Source of the DNA: Mycobacteriales bacterium
GTDB lineage: Bacteria > Actinomycetota > Actinomycetes > BP-191
Assembly (NCBI GenBank): GCA_035714365.1
Contig: DASTMB010000037.1
Coordinates: 159,647-223,646, forward strand
Length of the DNA stretch: 64,000 nucleotides
Direction of reading: 5' to 3'
Of this stretch, positions 10,801-18,860 are shown in pieces (position 1 is the stretch's first letter; each line of letters opens with the position of its first letter). The position numbers and the translations under genes were made by a program. Under the pieces are notes generated by a model that searched no databases, was not told where the DNA came from, and saw nothing but the letters and a program-made list of their open reading frames with translations.

Positions 10801-10873
10801 CGAACGCCGCAGCGGTCAGCGTGAGCGTCGCCGCCCGGCGCCGCCACCTGGTGCGGATGAGTCTGCTGGACAT
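7850..10873 (-). CDS. Large secreted protein (1007 aa), function unknown
   Basis: Internal ATG at 10873 gives a signal peptide (MSSRLIRTRWRRRAATLTLTAAAFACVTAVLPPPALAAEA). Upstream part of the track ORF is P/S/T/R-rich junk. Ala-rich helical N-domain, a central Gly/Trp/Tyr-rich domain (VVYPIFWGPKW, HEYAETVTDP) and beta-rich C-terminal domains. Confidence 0.55.
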   Translation of the reverse strand: MSSRLIRTRWRRRAATLTLTAAAFACVTAVLPPPALAAEATPLAASTDVTAWLPALTAVADLTHLIDAATPNSAQRDVATLNDYRTSLSAQRSTALRAALPQVDLDQALATLTAWAGGAAVALDALRVSAVQATTWVRTDAIGTVQPTDPAAVVDGLSAVATAVAAQAGAVADEVVTGLPTPADLLDTVGAAQVVLSRPLPILPTARIHAALADGDQLLIALGGQVAGVADAGAALAATGDAATELHDTLDALLAADAGGGVHVGAPEWEISAEDVTAAPAPVTHDEPPAAAPGASATATAGALTAVGDLDATGVVKGRCYTRNAEPCAPPLRWNGGAVQHHPVVYPIFWGPKWPALTGYRGDIAAMFASMNSSGFQAVLSQHYDSTGAVSATMRVGGTWVDTSSPPAVTQSGDLAAEALRAAKANRWPISTDAQFMVFLQPGSPLVSSGEQRFPCGFHTYATVGGGTSGGTKYMAYSGINFPGRTPVYDWTYGCGTVVGGTSNGLRQVASHEYAETVTDPHLDAWLDGRGQENADLCANLPVGPNGVTYLWSNDGATGGCTYGGFTPRYSYRVVTKTRPHTEPDGTYTRGHRYTSGAVAVTNTGNMPWFASGAHATRLGVVDQSSGAVDQCSPVADPPVGGSADPSRDASNPWLSCRRATMLSAGRLGVVEPAGFAPSSSTGTFGLRYKPDGSIPGGSRGTDAFRLVADGGPWMSGSAITLTRSTSNFGATAVAAATGSVGTPLLIPAGGAQTVHFAYTVARTAPWYPNEVVYLGTAGRDGHSSDLYDSATWPKSTACSRCRATVNTDTARPGQQVVFDVVLRAPTGSKWWGALITEQFRPVVDIRRNAGGLYSAYFGDPVTVTVLVLPNPLADHTVVGDAAVSAAPHEGVNDSDATNPASTGYGFRCAAAASPDATATTISGCTLTVHDAAGNPVRSYTAAPGDAATAQAAVTDPASASFDPAAGETAEVCWTANASYLDGQTRATSGCTVTGTTTTTSSTDTGA

Positions 10874-10970
10874 GGTGTAGGGCCTCCCTGATCCGTGGTG
10901 GAGGCGCCGACCGCGAAAGGCGACGAACGCTGCGCATCCGCGCAGCGACCCCCGTCTGTCGTTCGCCGCC

Positions 10971-11771
10971 TCATTGCACGTACAACGGCGGCCACGCCGC
11001 CGCCCCGTGTGGCGGCACCGATTCGCCCGTCGGTGTCGCGTCTCCTGCGCGTGATGGTGCAACCGGCGCCGACGCGCCAGTGTCCGCGTCGTGGCGTGGT
11101 GCGGACGTGAGGACGCCGTTGCGTCCGGTGAACACCCGGTGCGCTGGCAGGTACCCGCCTGGGTGCTCGGGTTGGTGCGCGACGAGGACGCTCGTGTCCT
11201 CCCGGTCCGTGGTGACCGTGATCGCGGCCGTCGCCTCGGCGCGTGCCGCCCGGTTGAGGGTGTCGAGGAGCCCGTCGACGAGGAGCAGCCGGGGCCGCGC
11301 CGCGACCGCGACCGCCAGGGCGAGCAACGCGGCGTCGTCGGGGTTGAGCGACGAGGAGGCGCGGTCACGTCGCGCGGCGAGGGTCGGGAACCGGTCGAGG
11401 ACCTGTGCGATCCGCCGCGCCCGCGCCGCCGCGTCGCCGTTCCAGGGCTGGTGTCGCGCCGCGCCGAGCGCGAGCCACGCGGTGACGGGCGCGGCGTTGG
11501 GCGCGGCGGGGGTGGCGACGTACTCGACGCCGGCGCGGCGACGCTGGGCGGGGGTGAGGGTGAGCAGGTCGGTGTCGTCGTTGAAGGCGGCCGATGCGCC
11601 GATGGGGGGCAGGGCACCGGCGAGAGTACGGAGCAGCACCGACCCGGTTCGGTCACCGTGAATCACGATGATCGCACCGGTCGGTACGTCGAGGTCCAGC
11701 CACCCGACCGCGCCGGGGCGCAGCCGCACGCCGACCGACCGCAACGCGATCACCAGACCTACCTCGCTCAC
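10971..11771 (-). CDS. ABC-ATPase-like protein with a degenerate Walker A (predicted catalytically inactive)
   Basis: IIVIHGDRTGSVLLRTLAG replaces the GxxGxGKS/T P-loop. LSLNPDDAALLALAVAVAARPRLLLVDGLLDTL resembles the ABC signature/Walker B with D substituted by G after the LLLVD stretch. First gene of the minus-strand chain. Confidence 0.45.
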   Translation of the reverse strand: MSEVGLVIALRSVGVRLRPGAVGWLDLDVPTGAIIVIHGDRTGSVLLRTLAGALPPIGASAAFNDDTDLLTLTPAQRRRAGVEYVATPAAPNAAPVTAWLALGAARHQPWNGDAAARARRIAQVLDRFPTLAARRDRASSSLNPDDAALLALAVAVAARPRLLLVDGLLDTLNRAARAEATAAITVTTDREDTSVLVAHQPEHPGGYLPAHRVFTGRNGVLTSAPRHDADTGASAPVAPSRAGDATPTGESVPPHGAAAWPPLYVQ

Positions 11772-11848
11772 CGTGTGCGTCCGGCGCGTCGATGTGGCGC
11801 CGTCACCCGGGACACCGCGCGACCCCCCGGATTTGGGACACCGGCGCG

Positions 11849-11863
11849 GATTCAGCGCGAATC
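11849..11863. repeat. 15-bp dyad GATTCAGCGCGAATC (copy 3)
   Basis: Exact copy in the divergent promoter region 11771-11988. Confidence 0.6.
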
Positions 11864-11987
11864 AGCGGCCGTACCCACCGCGCCGCTGGGGGGTGAGCTG
11901 CCGGGGCGATGTGTCAGGTATCTGACAGATCCGGCCGTCCGGCGGGGTCACCCTCGACCACATCGGTAGTAGGGGGAGGCGGCCGGC

Positions 11988-12941
11988 ATGGACCGCACCA
12001 AGCAGTGGAGGGTGGCGGACCGGCACCGGGTGGAACTGGTCCGCTACCTGACGGCCCGCACCGGCGCCGCGGACATCGCCGAGGACGCCGCCGCGGAAGC
12101 GATCGCGGCCGCCGGGTCCGCTCATCTCCGCGACGAGCAGCACGCGCAGGCGTGGCTGCGCCGCGTCGGCTGGCATCGCTGCGTGGACGAGTTCCGGCAC
12201 CGCCGCACCCCGGAGTCGCTGTCGCGGGTCGCGGCGCCGTCGTCGACGCCCAGTGCGGAGGAGGTCGCCCTTGAGCATGACCTGGCGGTCCGGGTCCGGG
12301 CCGCGGTGGCGACGTTGCCGCCGCAGCAGCGCGTGGTCGTCACCGCCTACGCGCAGGGTGAGACGGTGCGGGTGATCGCTGCGCGACGGCGGCAGACCGT
12401 GAAGGCGGTGGAAGCGCAGCTCACTCGCGGGCTGGCGCGGGTGCGCGACGCGCTCAACGCGGGGGTCGCCGTGGTGTCGGGTCGGCTGCGGCTTCGCCGC
12501 GCTGCCGCGGTGTCGGCGGCGTCGATGGTCGTCACGGTCAGCGCCGCGCTGTGGCTCGGCGCGACCATCCCGGCGCCGGCCGCCACCTCCGGCGCGGCCG
12601 CCCACCCGGTGCGGTCGGACGCGTCCGGCGCTGTCGTCCGCGTCACCCACCGGGAGCGCACGCCAGCGGCGCGCCCGCAGTCGCCGGCGCCGCCGCACCG
12701 GCGGCCGCACCGCACGCCTGCCGTCCACCGGGCGGGGCACCGCGCGGCGTCGACGCTGCTCGCCCCGCCCGGGGTCACGGGTCCGGCCGGTATCTCGGTC
12801 CAACCGGGCAGCGTGGATCGGGACGGCGGCCGTCTCGGTGACGGGTTCGTCGCCGACGTGCTCGCCTGCATCGGGCATGGCGTGCGGGTCGAGGAGCAGC
12901 GGGTGTCGTGTCGGCCCGACGCCACCGTCTACATGCTGTAG
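11988..12941 (+). CDS. ECF sigma factor with a C-terminal TM helix and extracytoplasmic extension (membrane-tethered sigma/anti-sigma-like fusion)
   Basis: Region 2 (ELVRYLTARTGAADIAEDAAAEA ... AWLRRVGWHRCVDEFRHRR). Region 4 HTH (LPPQQRVVVTAYAQGETVRVIAARRRQTVKAVEAQLTRGLARVRDAL). Hydrophobic helix AAAVSAASMVVTVSAALWLGA, then ~130 aa. RBS GGGGGAGG upstream of the ATG. Confidence 0.65.
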   Translation: MDRTKQWRVADRHRVELVRYLTARTGAADIAEDAAAEAIAAAGSAHLRDEQHAQAWLRRVGWHRCVDEFRHRRTPESLSRVAAPSSTPSAEEVALEHDLAVRVRAAVATLPPQQRVVVTAYAQGETVRVIAARRRQTVKAVEAQLTRGLARVRDALNAGVAVVSGRLRLRRAAAVSAASMVVTVSAALWLGATIPAPAATSGAAAHPVRSDASGAVVRVTHRERTPAARPQSPAPPHRRPHRTPAVHRAGHRAASTLLAPPGVTGPAGISVQPGSVDRDGGRLGDGFVADVLACIGHGVRVEEQRVSCRPDATVYML

Positions 12942-13363
12942 CCGACGACGATGCCTTCGCTGCCGGGCTGCCACTTGAAGATCGCGGAGATCGGCGTCGG
13001 CGGGTCGACGTCGCTGCGGTAGGTGAACAGCACGTCGTAACTTCCGGTGTCGGCGCCGTTCTTCGGCACCGTCCAGCAGACCTGCGCGGTCGGCTGCGTC
13101 GCCGTCGACGTCGTGTAGTTGATCGCGGTGCCGTTGCTGCGCGCGCCGGTGAACTCGATGGTCCACAGCGGCCCGGTCGTGGGCGGGACCCGCAGTTCGC
13201 CGTTGCCGCAGATGGTCTGTCCGCTGGTGGTGAACGACGCGGTGAACCACATGTGCGGCCGTTCCACCTGGGGCAGCGGATCGGTGTCCGCGTGGGCGCC
13301 GTGGGCGGTGAGGAGGGTTCCGGCGGCCGTGGACGCGACGAGCACGACGCGGGCGACGCGCAT
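12929..13363 (-). CDS. Small secreted protein (144 aa), unknown function
   Basis: Signal peptide MRVARVVLVASTAAGTLLTAHGAHA. Immediately downstream of, and co-directional with, the sigma-fusion gene. Confidence 0.5.
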   Translation of the reverse strand: MRVARVVLVASTAAGTLLTAHGAHADTDPLPQVERPHMWFTASFTTSGQTICGNGELRVPPTTGPLWTIEFTGARSNGTAINYTTSTATQPTAQVCWTVPKNGADTGSYDVLFTYRSDVDPPTPISAIFKWQPGSEGIVVGYSM

Positions 13364-13381
13364 GGAGAACCTCCGGACGGG

Positions 13382-14500
13382 TCAGCCTCCCGGCGGCGGG
13401 GGGAGGGGAACATCGTAATGCGGGTCCCCGTCGGTTCGGCACTGTACGGCGTCCTGCTGCTCGGGCACCCACGGGCAGACGGGGGCGACCTCTTCCTGGA
13501 CCTCGAATCCGGGCACCGCGGAGACGCTGAGCACGTCGGCGTTCACCGGTGACGTGGTGCAGGTCGGCTGTCCGTCGATCGGCACGCACGCCCCGACCTC
13601 CCCGTCGGGCAGCGCGCCCGGCAGTCGCGGCAGCCGCACGCCGGTCACGAGCCGGCGGGCCGCTGCTGCCGGTGCCCGGCGCAGCAGCCGGCGCGCGGTG
13701 CGGGTCACCCCCACCGCGTCGCCGGTCGCGACCGCGGCGGCGGCGTCGCCGACACCATCGAGGACCCGGGCGACGGCGCGGGGGACCCGGTGCAGCGAGA
13801 TCGGCACCGGCAGTGGCTGTGTGGCGACGGCGGTCATGAAGACGCCGACCAGCGCCGCGTTCGCCACCGCGACCATCGCCGTCGACACCGCCCCGGGTGC
13901 GGCCGACCGGCGCCGAAGCCGGCCCCGCAGCGCGGCGAGGAACGCGGCGATGAGCCCGCCCCGTTGGCGCACGGCGTGCAGCGCCCGCGTCACCCGTTTC
14001 CGCGTCGCGGCCTCGGTCAGTCCCGTCTCGTCCGCGAGTTGGGAGTACGGCGCGGCGTCCACGTAGCGGCGGCGCAGCAACTCCTGCACCTCGGCGGGCA
14101 GCTCCTCGTAGGCCATGACGACGCGCGTCGCCGCGGTGACCCGCGGGGTCGCCCATAGCGAGACCGCGCCGTCCGGCGGATACGGGACCAGGGCCGGGCG
14201 GCGCCGCGCCCGCCGCCGCGCGTCCGTCGCCGCGTGACGTGCCGCGGTGAACAGCAGCGCGCGCCGGTGGTCGTCGTCAGTCAGCGCCGCCCACGACCGG
14301 TACACCGCGAGGTAGGCGCGCTGCGCCACGTCGTCACACTCGCTGCGATCCACGTACGCCAGTGACGACAGGAAGCGGTAGAGACCCGCGACCGTCTCGG
14401 CGTGGAACTCCTCGAACTCGCGCCCGATCCCCCGCGCGGTCTGACACGCGACCACCGACTGCCCCTTCACGTCCACGCCGCAGGCTGCGGCCACCCGCAC
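13382..14500 (-). CDS. ECF sigma factor fused to a TM helix and a Cys-rich C-terminal domain
   Basis: Region 2 (FEEFHAETVAGLYRFLSSLAYVDRSECDDVAQRAYLAVYRSW). Region 4 (LPAEVQELLRRRYVDAAPYSQLADETGLTEAATRKRVTRALHAVRQR). Hydrophobic segment AVSTAMVAVANAALVGVFMTAV. C-terminal domain with six Cys. Confidence 0.6.
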   Translation of the reverse strand: MRVAAACGVDVKGQSVVACQTARGIGREFEEFHAETVAGLYRFLSSLAYVDRSECDDVAQRAYLAVYRSWAALTDDDHRRALLFTAARHAATDARRRARRRPALVPYPPDGAVSLWATPRVTAATRVVMAYEELPAEVQELLRRRYVDAAPYSQLADETGLTEAATRKRVTRALHAVRQRGGLIAAFLAALRGRLRRRSAAPGAVSTAMVAVANAALVGVFMTAVATQPLPVPISLHRVPRAVARVLDGVGDAAAAVATGDAVGVTRTARRLLRRAPAAAARRLVTGVRLPRLPGALPDGEVGACVPIDGQPTCTTSPVNADVLSVSAVPGFEVQEEVAPVCPWVPEQQDAVQCRTDGDPHYDVPLPPPPGG

Positions 14501-14577
14501 GTCGGGGCATGACGTGCGGCCGATTCATGCCACGTGACAGTCTCACGCACCAGCGCGGTACTGCTTTCACTAGCGGC

Positions 14578-14610
14578 CGTGGAACTTGTGCCGCTGACAC
14601 AAGTTCCACG
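14578..14610. promoter_or_regulatory. Perfect 13-bp inverted repeat CGTGGAACTTGTG-N7-CACAAGTTCCACG in a divergent promoter region
   Basis: Lies in the lower-GC gap between the sigma-fusion gene (minus, start 14500) and the LuxR gene (plus, start 14827). Confidence 0.5.
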
Positions 14611-14826
14611 AGCGTCCACCCCCCGACCGGGTAGATCCTCGACGGAGCGCCACCTCCCCCCGGTGGCGCTCCCCGCCCGTCGGCGAAAGTCCGCACTCCT
14701 TCGCCGAGGTGTCCCAAAAGGCGCCCCCGCGGCGGTGTCACGGGTGGGACCGGGCGTTTCTGTAGGGGCGCCCGGTCCCCCTCACCCGGCGCGAACCGAC
14801 GCGCCGCCCGTCCAGGGGGAGTCCCC

Positions 14827-15759
14827 ATGCCCGACCTAACCGCCGTCGGCATCACCGCCGACGACGAACCCGTCTACCGCGTCCTGCTCGACACCGACCG
14901 GCACCTCACCGTCGACCAGCTCGCCGCCGCCCTCGACCAACCGACCCGCGCCGTCGAGGACGCGATCGAACGACTACAACACCGCGGCTTCGTCGCCGAC
15001 GACGACCACGGCGCCGTCACCGCCGTCCCGGCCTGCGTCGCCGTCACCCGCGCCGCCGCGCGCCGGGAACAGGTTCTGCTCGACCAGCTCGCCGCGGTAC
15101 GCCGCGCCCGCAGCCAGTACACCGCCACCGCGCTACCGGTCGACCCGAGCCCGCACAGCGGCTCCCCGTTCCTCGGCATCATCACCGACCCCGGCGAACT
15201 GCACCGCTGGCGTAGCCGCGTCGCGGCGATGGCCGTCGATACCCTGCGCCGCACCGTCGTCGACGACGCGCCGCTACCCGAGCACGACCCCGACGTCGTG
15301 CGATTCGACCTGTATCAGCAGTCGGCGCTCACCGACGCCACCCGCCTCGCCGCGATCGACGACCCCGACCGGGGGCACCAGGTCCACGTCGTTGCCGCGC
15401 CGCTGCCCCCGCTGCTCATCGCCGACACCACAGTCGCCCTGTTCGAGCTCGGCCCGAGTAGCGGGTTCGTGCTCTACCCGTCGCGGCTCCTCGACGCGCT
15501 GCACGACTACTTCGCCCTCCTGTGGCGCGCCGCCGTGCCCATAGGCGCCCGCGACCCGGAAGGAGCCTGGCAACTCGACCAGGACCGGCGGCGGCTGCTG
15601 CGCCTACTCGCCACCGGCGCAAAGGACCAGGCGATCGCGCACCTGCTCGGCCTCGGATTGCGGACCGTCACCCGCCAGGTTGGTGAACTCCTCCGCGCCT
15701 TCGACGTGGAGACCCGCTTCCAACTCGGGGTGCAGGCCGCTGTCCACGACCTGCTCTAG
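14827..15759 (+). CDS. LuxR-family transcriptional regulator (paralog A)
   Basis: C-terminal GerE/LuxR HTH (RRRLLRLLATGAKDQAIAHLLGLGLRTVTRQVGELLRAFDVETRFQL). N-terminal winged-helix-like segment. RBS GGGGGAG before the ATG. Confidence 0.65.
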   Translation: MPDLTAVGITADDEPVYRVLLDTDRHLTVDQLAAALDQPTRAVEDAIERLQHRGFVADDDHGAVTAVPACVAVTRAAARREQVLLDQLAAVRRARSQYTATALPVDPSPHSGSPFLGIITDPGELHRWRSRVAAMAVDTLRRTVVDDAPLPEHDPDVVRFDLYQQSALTDATRLAAIDDPDRGHQVHVVAAPLPPLLIADTTVALFELGPSSGFVLYPSRLLDALHDYFALLWRAAVPIGARDPEGAWQLDQDRRRLLRLLATGAKDQAIAHLLGLGLRTVTRQVGELLRAFDVETRFQLGVQAAVHDLL

Positions 15760-15862
15760 CCCTGGCCGAGAAGCGCCAGCACAAAATTTGCGGGCGGGTG
15801 TCCCAACGCGGGGGGTCGCGGCGGGGTCGGGGTGACGACCCCTCAGTCCGCAGGAGACCGCG

Positions 15863-16321
15863 ATGCAGTGCGCCACGCCCACCGACGACGCGACGCGCCA
15901 CCGCGCGGTCCAGCGACCGCTGGTCGAGCCCGACGTGGTGGAGTCGCTGGCCCGCACCGCCGGGGAGCTGCTCGACCTGCACGCCGGCGTCCGTGACGTG
16001 CAGGTGAAAGCGGAGCAGGCGACCCGCGACGTCGCCGAGGCGTTGAAGGCGGTGCTGCGTCTCGCCGCGGTCGGCTCCCCGGTGGAGGCGTTCGCGCCGC
16101 TGGTCGACGCGGTGGACCGGGCGATCCTCACCGCCCTCCTCGAAGGAGTGTCGGCGCGGGCGCTGCCCGGGCGCGTCGGGTTGAAGAAGCATGTGGTGCG
16201 GGAGCGGGTCGCGCGGATGAAGGTCCTCACCGGCGCGGACACGCTGTTCCAGCTCGGTGTCGCCGCGGGCGCGTTCGGCTGGGTCGACCCGCCGCAGACA
16301 CCCGCCGACACCGAGTCCTGA
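15863..16321 (+). CDS. Small LuxR-type HTH protein
   Basis: C-terminal LTALLEGVSARALPGRVGLKKHVVRERVARMKVLTGADTLFQLGV resembles a GerE HTH. RBS CAGGAG. Confidence 0.45.
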   Translation: MQCATPTDDATRHRAVQRPLVEPDVVESLARTAGELLDLHAGVRDVQVKAEQATRDVAEALKAVLRLAAVGSPVEAFAPLVDAVDRAILTALLEGVSARALPGRVGLKKHVVRERVARMKVLTGADTLFQLGVAAGAFGWVDPPQTPADTES

Positions 16322-16504
16322 AATTGGTGTGAGGGCTGGGGCCGTCTCGCCCGTGTACCAGGTGAGAGGCACGACACGGACCCCGCGCCGTGACCGCTCC
16401 GACGCCAACCATCACGGGGGCGCCGTAGCCGCCGAACCAACCGGCCGGCGGCTCGGGACAGGCCCGGCACACAACAGCCGGAGCCGCAGCACAAGGAGCA
16501 CATC

Positions 16505-16927
16505 ATGCGACTCAGCACCCGCACCGCCGCCCTGCTCACCACCGCGATCCTCACCGCCGCGCCGATCGCCGCGCACGCCAACGACGTGACGAAGGACGCG
16601 ACGCTCATCGGCAGCGGCGTCGGCACCACCTACCGGATCGACGGCGTGTCCTCGCCGACGCAGAACGCGCTGCTGGTGTCGGCGAGCCACGGCGGCGCCA
16701 CCACCGTCGACCTCAGCACGACCCCGCCCGGGACGGTGCAGATCCAGAACAACAGCACCGCGTCCTACACGTTCCGCAGCACCCTGTTCAACACCTCGGT
16801 GACCGTGCAGGCCGGCGCCACCGGCGTGGCGACCGTCAAGTCCACCAGTGCCGGCGCGTGCGCGACCGTGACGGCGGAGATCGCGGAGGGCACGGTCGTC
16901 GCGACCATCACCGTGTGCGTCGCCTAG
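16505..16927 (+). CDS. Small secreted protein (140 aa)
   Basis: AAGGAG RBS. Signal peptide MRLSTRTAALLTTAILTAAPIAAHA. Followed by a stem-loop. Confidence 0.6.
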   Translation: MRLSTRTAALLTTAILTAAPIAAHANDVTKDATLIGSGVGTTYRIDGVSSPTQNALLVSASHGGATTVDLSTTPPGTVQIQNNSTASYTFRSTLFNTSVTVQAGATGVATVKSTSAGACATVTAEIAEGTVVATITVCVA

Positions 16928-16946
16928 CCCTGACGCGGTAACGGGT

Positions 16947-16980
16947 CGGGGGCTCCACCGTCGCGCCTGGTGGAGCCCCC
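16947..16980 (+). terminator. Rho-independent-like hairpin GGGGGCTCCACC-N8-GGTGGAGCCCCC
   Basis: 12-bp perfect stem directly after the stop of 16505..16927. Confidence 0.55.
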
Positions 16981-16995
16981 GATTCAGCGTGGATC
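16981..16995. repeat. 15-bp dyad variant GATTCAGCGTGGATC (copy 4)
   Basis: Abuts the hairpin, between convergent genes. Confidence 0.5.
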
Positions 16996-16997
16996 GG

Positions 16998-17180
16998 CTA
17001 GGGGCAGGGGTAGGTGACCTCCGGGGTGGTAACCGTGTGGCCGGCGGCGCCGACGGTGGTGGAGTGGATGGTGCACCAGGCGGCCAACGGCCGCGGCGCT
17101 GGTCGGCTGGCGGTGGCGGCGAGGGCCGGTACCGCGGCCAGGATCGCGGCGGCGGCGAACAGTTGGCGGGCTGCGGGCAT
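16998..17180 (-). CDS. Possible small secreted Cys-containing peptide (60 aa)
   Basis: Signal-peptide-like MPAARQLFAAAAILAAVPALAATA followed by CTIHSTTVGAAGHTVTTPEVTYPCP. Lies between a PD40 gene and a terminator. Weak evidence. Confidence 0.3.
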   Translation of the reverse strand: MPAARQLFAAAAILAAVPALAATASRPAPRPLAAWCTIHSTTVGAAGHTVTTPEVTYPCP

Positions 17181-17327
17181 GGTGATGCTCCTTCACAGGT
17201 GGGCCTCGACGGGAGGCGGGTGGGGGATCGGCCACGGCCCGGGCGGGGCGTGGCGCAGCGGCGTTCACCACCCCGGGCGGGGCGGTGGCGGTCGGCGCTA
17301 GCTAGGGGCGCAGGGAGTGGCGCGGGA

Positions 17328-18677
17328 TCAGTCGGCGTGCAGGTAAATGTCGGAGCGGCCGTTGCTGTCCTCGGGGTCGTAGCCGAGGGACGTCCTGATC
17401 GCGAGGACCCGCCCGTCGTTCGAGGTCTGGACGTGGCCGATCGCGGGTGTGATGTTGGCGTTCCAGAAGCCGTTGACAACGTCGGTGTCGGCGCGCTGCG
17501 GCAGGTCCGGGGTGACCCGGGTGACGGCGCCGCTGCCGCGGTCCCAGCGGTAGAGCGTCGTCTCCCCGGACGGGCCGGCGGTGCCGGCGTCGGTGCGGTA
17601 GTGCGCGGTGAAGAACACGTGCTGACAGTCCCCGGTCACATCGGCGTGCGGATCGGTGGTCCAGCCCGACTCCCCGACCTCGGTGTGCACCAGCGTCACC
17701 GCGCCCGTCGTGAGGTCACGGAGCCAGACACGTGAAACCTTGCCGTCGCCAGCAAGGAACAACACGCAGCGGCCACGGGAGCCGAACTGCGGCTCGTAGT
17801 ACCAGTTCCTGTAGAGACTGCCGCCGTTGGAGGAGCGAGGGTCACCGACGCACTGGTTGTTGAGCGGGTCTAGGTCCCCGGTGAGCAGTGTCGTCGCGCC
17901 GGTGACCACATCCCGCACGAACAAATCCGGGGAACAGGCCGAATTGGTGCGACGGTCCTCGTCGGTCTCCTGCTCGCAGGAGGAGTAGACGACGTAGCGG
18001 CCGTCGTCGCTAAGCACCGGAATCACGCCGCCGCAGTTGACGTGCATGGCGACGGTGAACAATTCCCGGGTCGCCACCCGGTAGCCGACGAGGCCGCAGT
18101 CCGATTCGATGCAGTCCTCGTAGACGACCAGCGAACCGTCGCCGCTCATAGCCGCTGCGCCGTTTGCGTAATGGAGAGCGGGCGCGTGCCCACGGGTGAT
18201 GAACGTCGTGTAGTGCCGCAGCCGGTCCCGCAGAAAAAGGTCATCGAGGCCGTTGCCCCTGCCCGGCGCCAGATTGGAGGCCGCCGACTGATACAGCACG
18301 AAACGGCCGTCGTCACTAACCGACCTGGCCACGGACATGTCATTCCCGTAGCGGCCACCCAACCCCACGCTCACCAGCTCCCGGCGCCGAGTCCGCCGGT
18401 CGAACAGGAACACCTGATACGAATGCCAGTCGTTGGCGCGCAGCGGCGCGGTCCACACCACCACCGACCCGTCCCGGCTCAACAACGGATCGAGCGGAGC
18501 CGACTGCACCCCGTCCGCCTGCCGCGGATCAACCACCCGCACCCACCCAGGGCCGCCACCCGCACCCCGGGTACTAGCCGCTCCTCGGGTGCTCCCCACG
18601 CCAGGGCCGGCGGCGACCGCGGGTGCGGTAAGGCCGGCGGCGAGCAGGATCGCCAATAAGGCACGCGCACTTCTCAT
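17328..18677 (-). CDS. Secreted PD40/TolB-like beta-propeller repeat protein (paralog of 6294..7772)
   Basis: Signal peptide MRSARALLAILLAAGLTAPAVAA. Repeated SDDGR[FY]V[LV]YxS and DLF[LV]RD / DIYLHAD blades. Confidence 0.7.
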   Translation of the reverse strand: MRSARALLAILLAAGLTAPAVAAGPGVGSTRGAASTRGAGGGPGWVRVVDPRQADGVQSAPLDPLLSRDGSVVVWTAPLRANDWHSYQVFLFDRRTRRRELVSVGLGGRYGNDMSVARSVSDDGRFVLYQSAASNLAPGRGNGLDDLFLRDRLRHYTTFITRGHAPALHYANGAAAMSGDGSLVVYEDCIESDCGLVGYRVATRELFTVAMHVNCGGVIPVLSDDGRYVVYSSCEQETDEDRRTNSACSPDLFVRDVVTGATTLLTGDLDPLNNQCVGDPRSSNGGSLYRNWYYEPQFGSRGRCVLFLAGDGKVSRVWLRDLTTGAVTLVHTEVGESGWTTDPHADVTGDCQHVFFTAHYRTDAGTAGPSGETTLYRWDRGSGAVTRVTPDLPQRADTDVVNGFWNANITPAIGHVQTSNDGRVLAIRTSLGYDPEDSNGRSDIYLHAD

Positions 18678-18860
18678 TCACTAACCCCCGAATCGCCACG
18701 CCAATGCGGAATGACGCTGATGATTCGCAGGAGGCGGTGCATTTCCTAGATAAGCGCAGTAGGAATGTTGTGCAAATGCACACACTGGAATGGTCGGGAC
18801 GGGTGGTGGGGCGTGGGCGCTGCGGTAGGACGGAGGGGAGGCGACGGAGGGGACGACCCG

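Noticed and set aside
11862-14156. 764-aa minus-strand ORF spanning the two sigma-fusion genes
   Set aside because: Arg/Gly/Pro junk composition. Overlaps ECF sigma genes with clear region 2/4 motifs on both strands.
16412-17479. 355-aa minus ORF overlapping the small secreted-protein gene 16505..16927
   Set aside because: Pro/Arg/Ser-rich composition. The plus gene has RBS, signal peptide and terminator.
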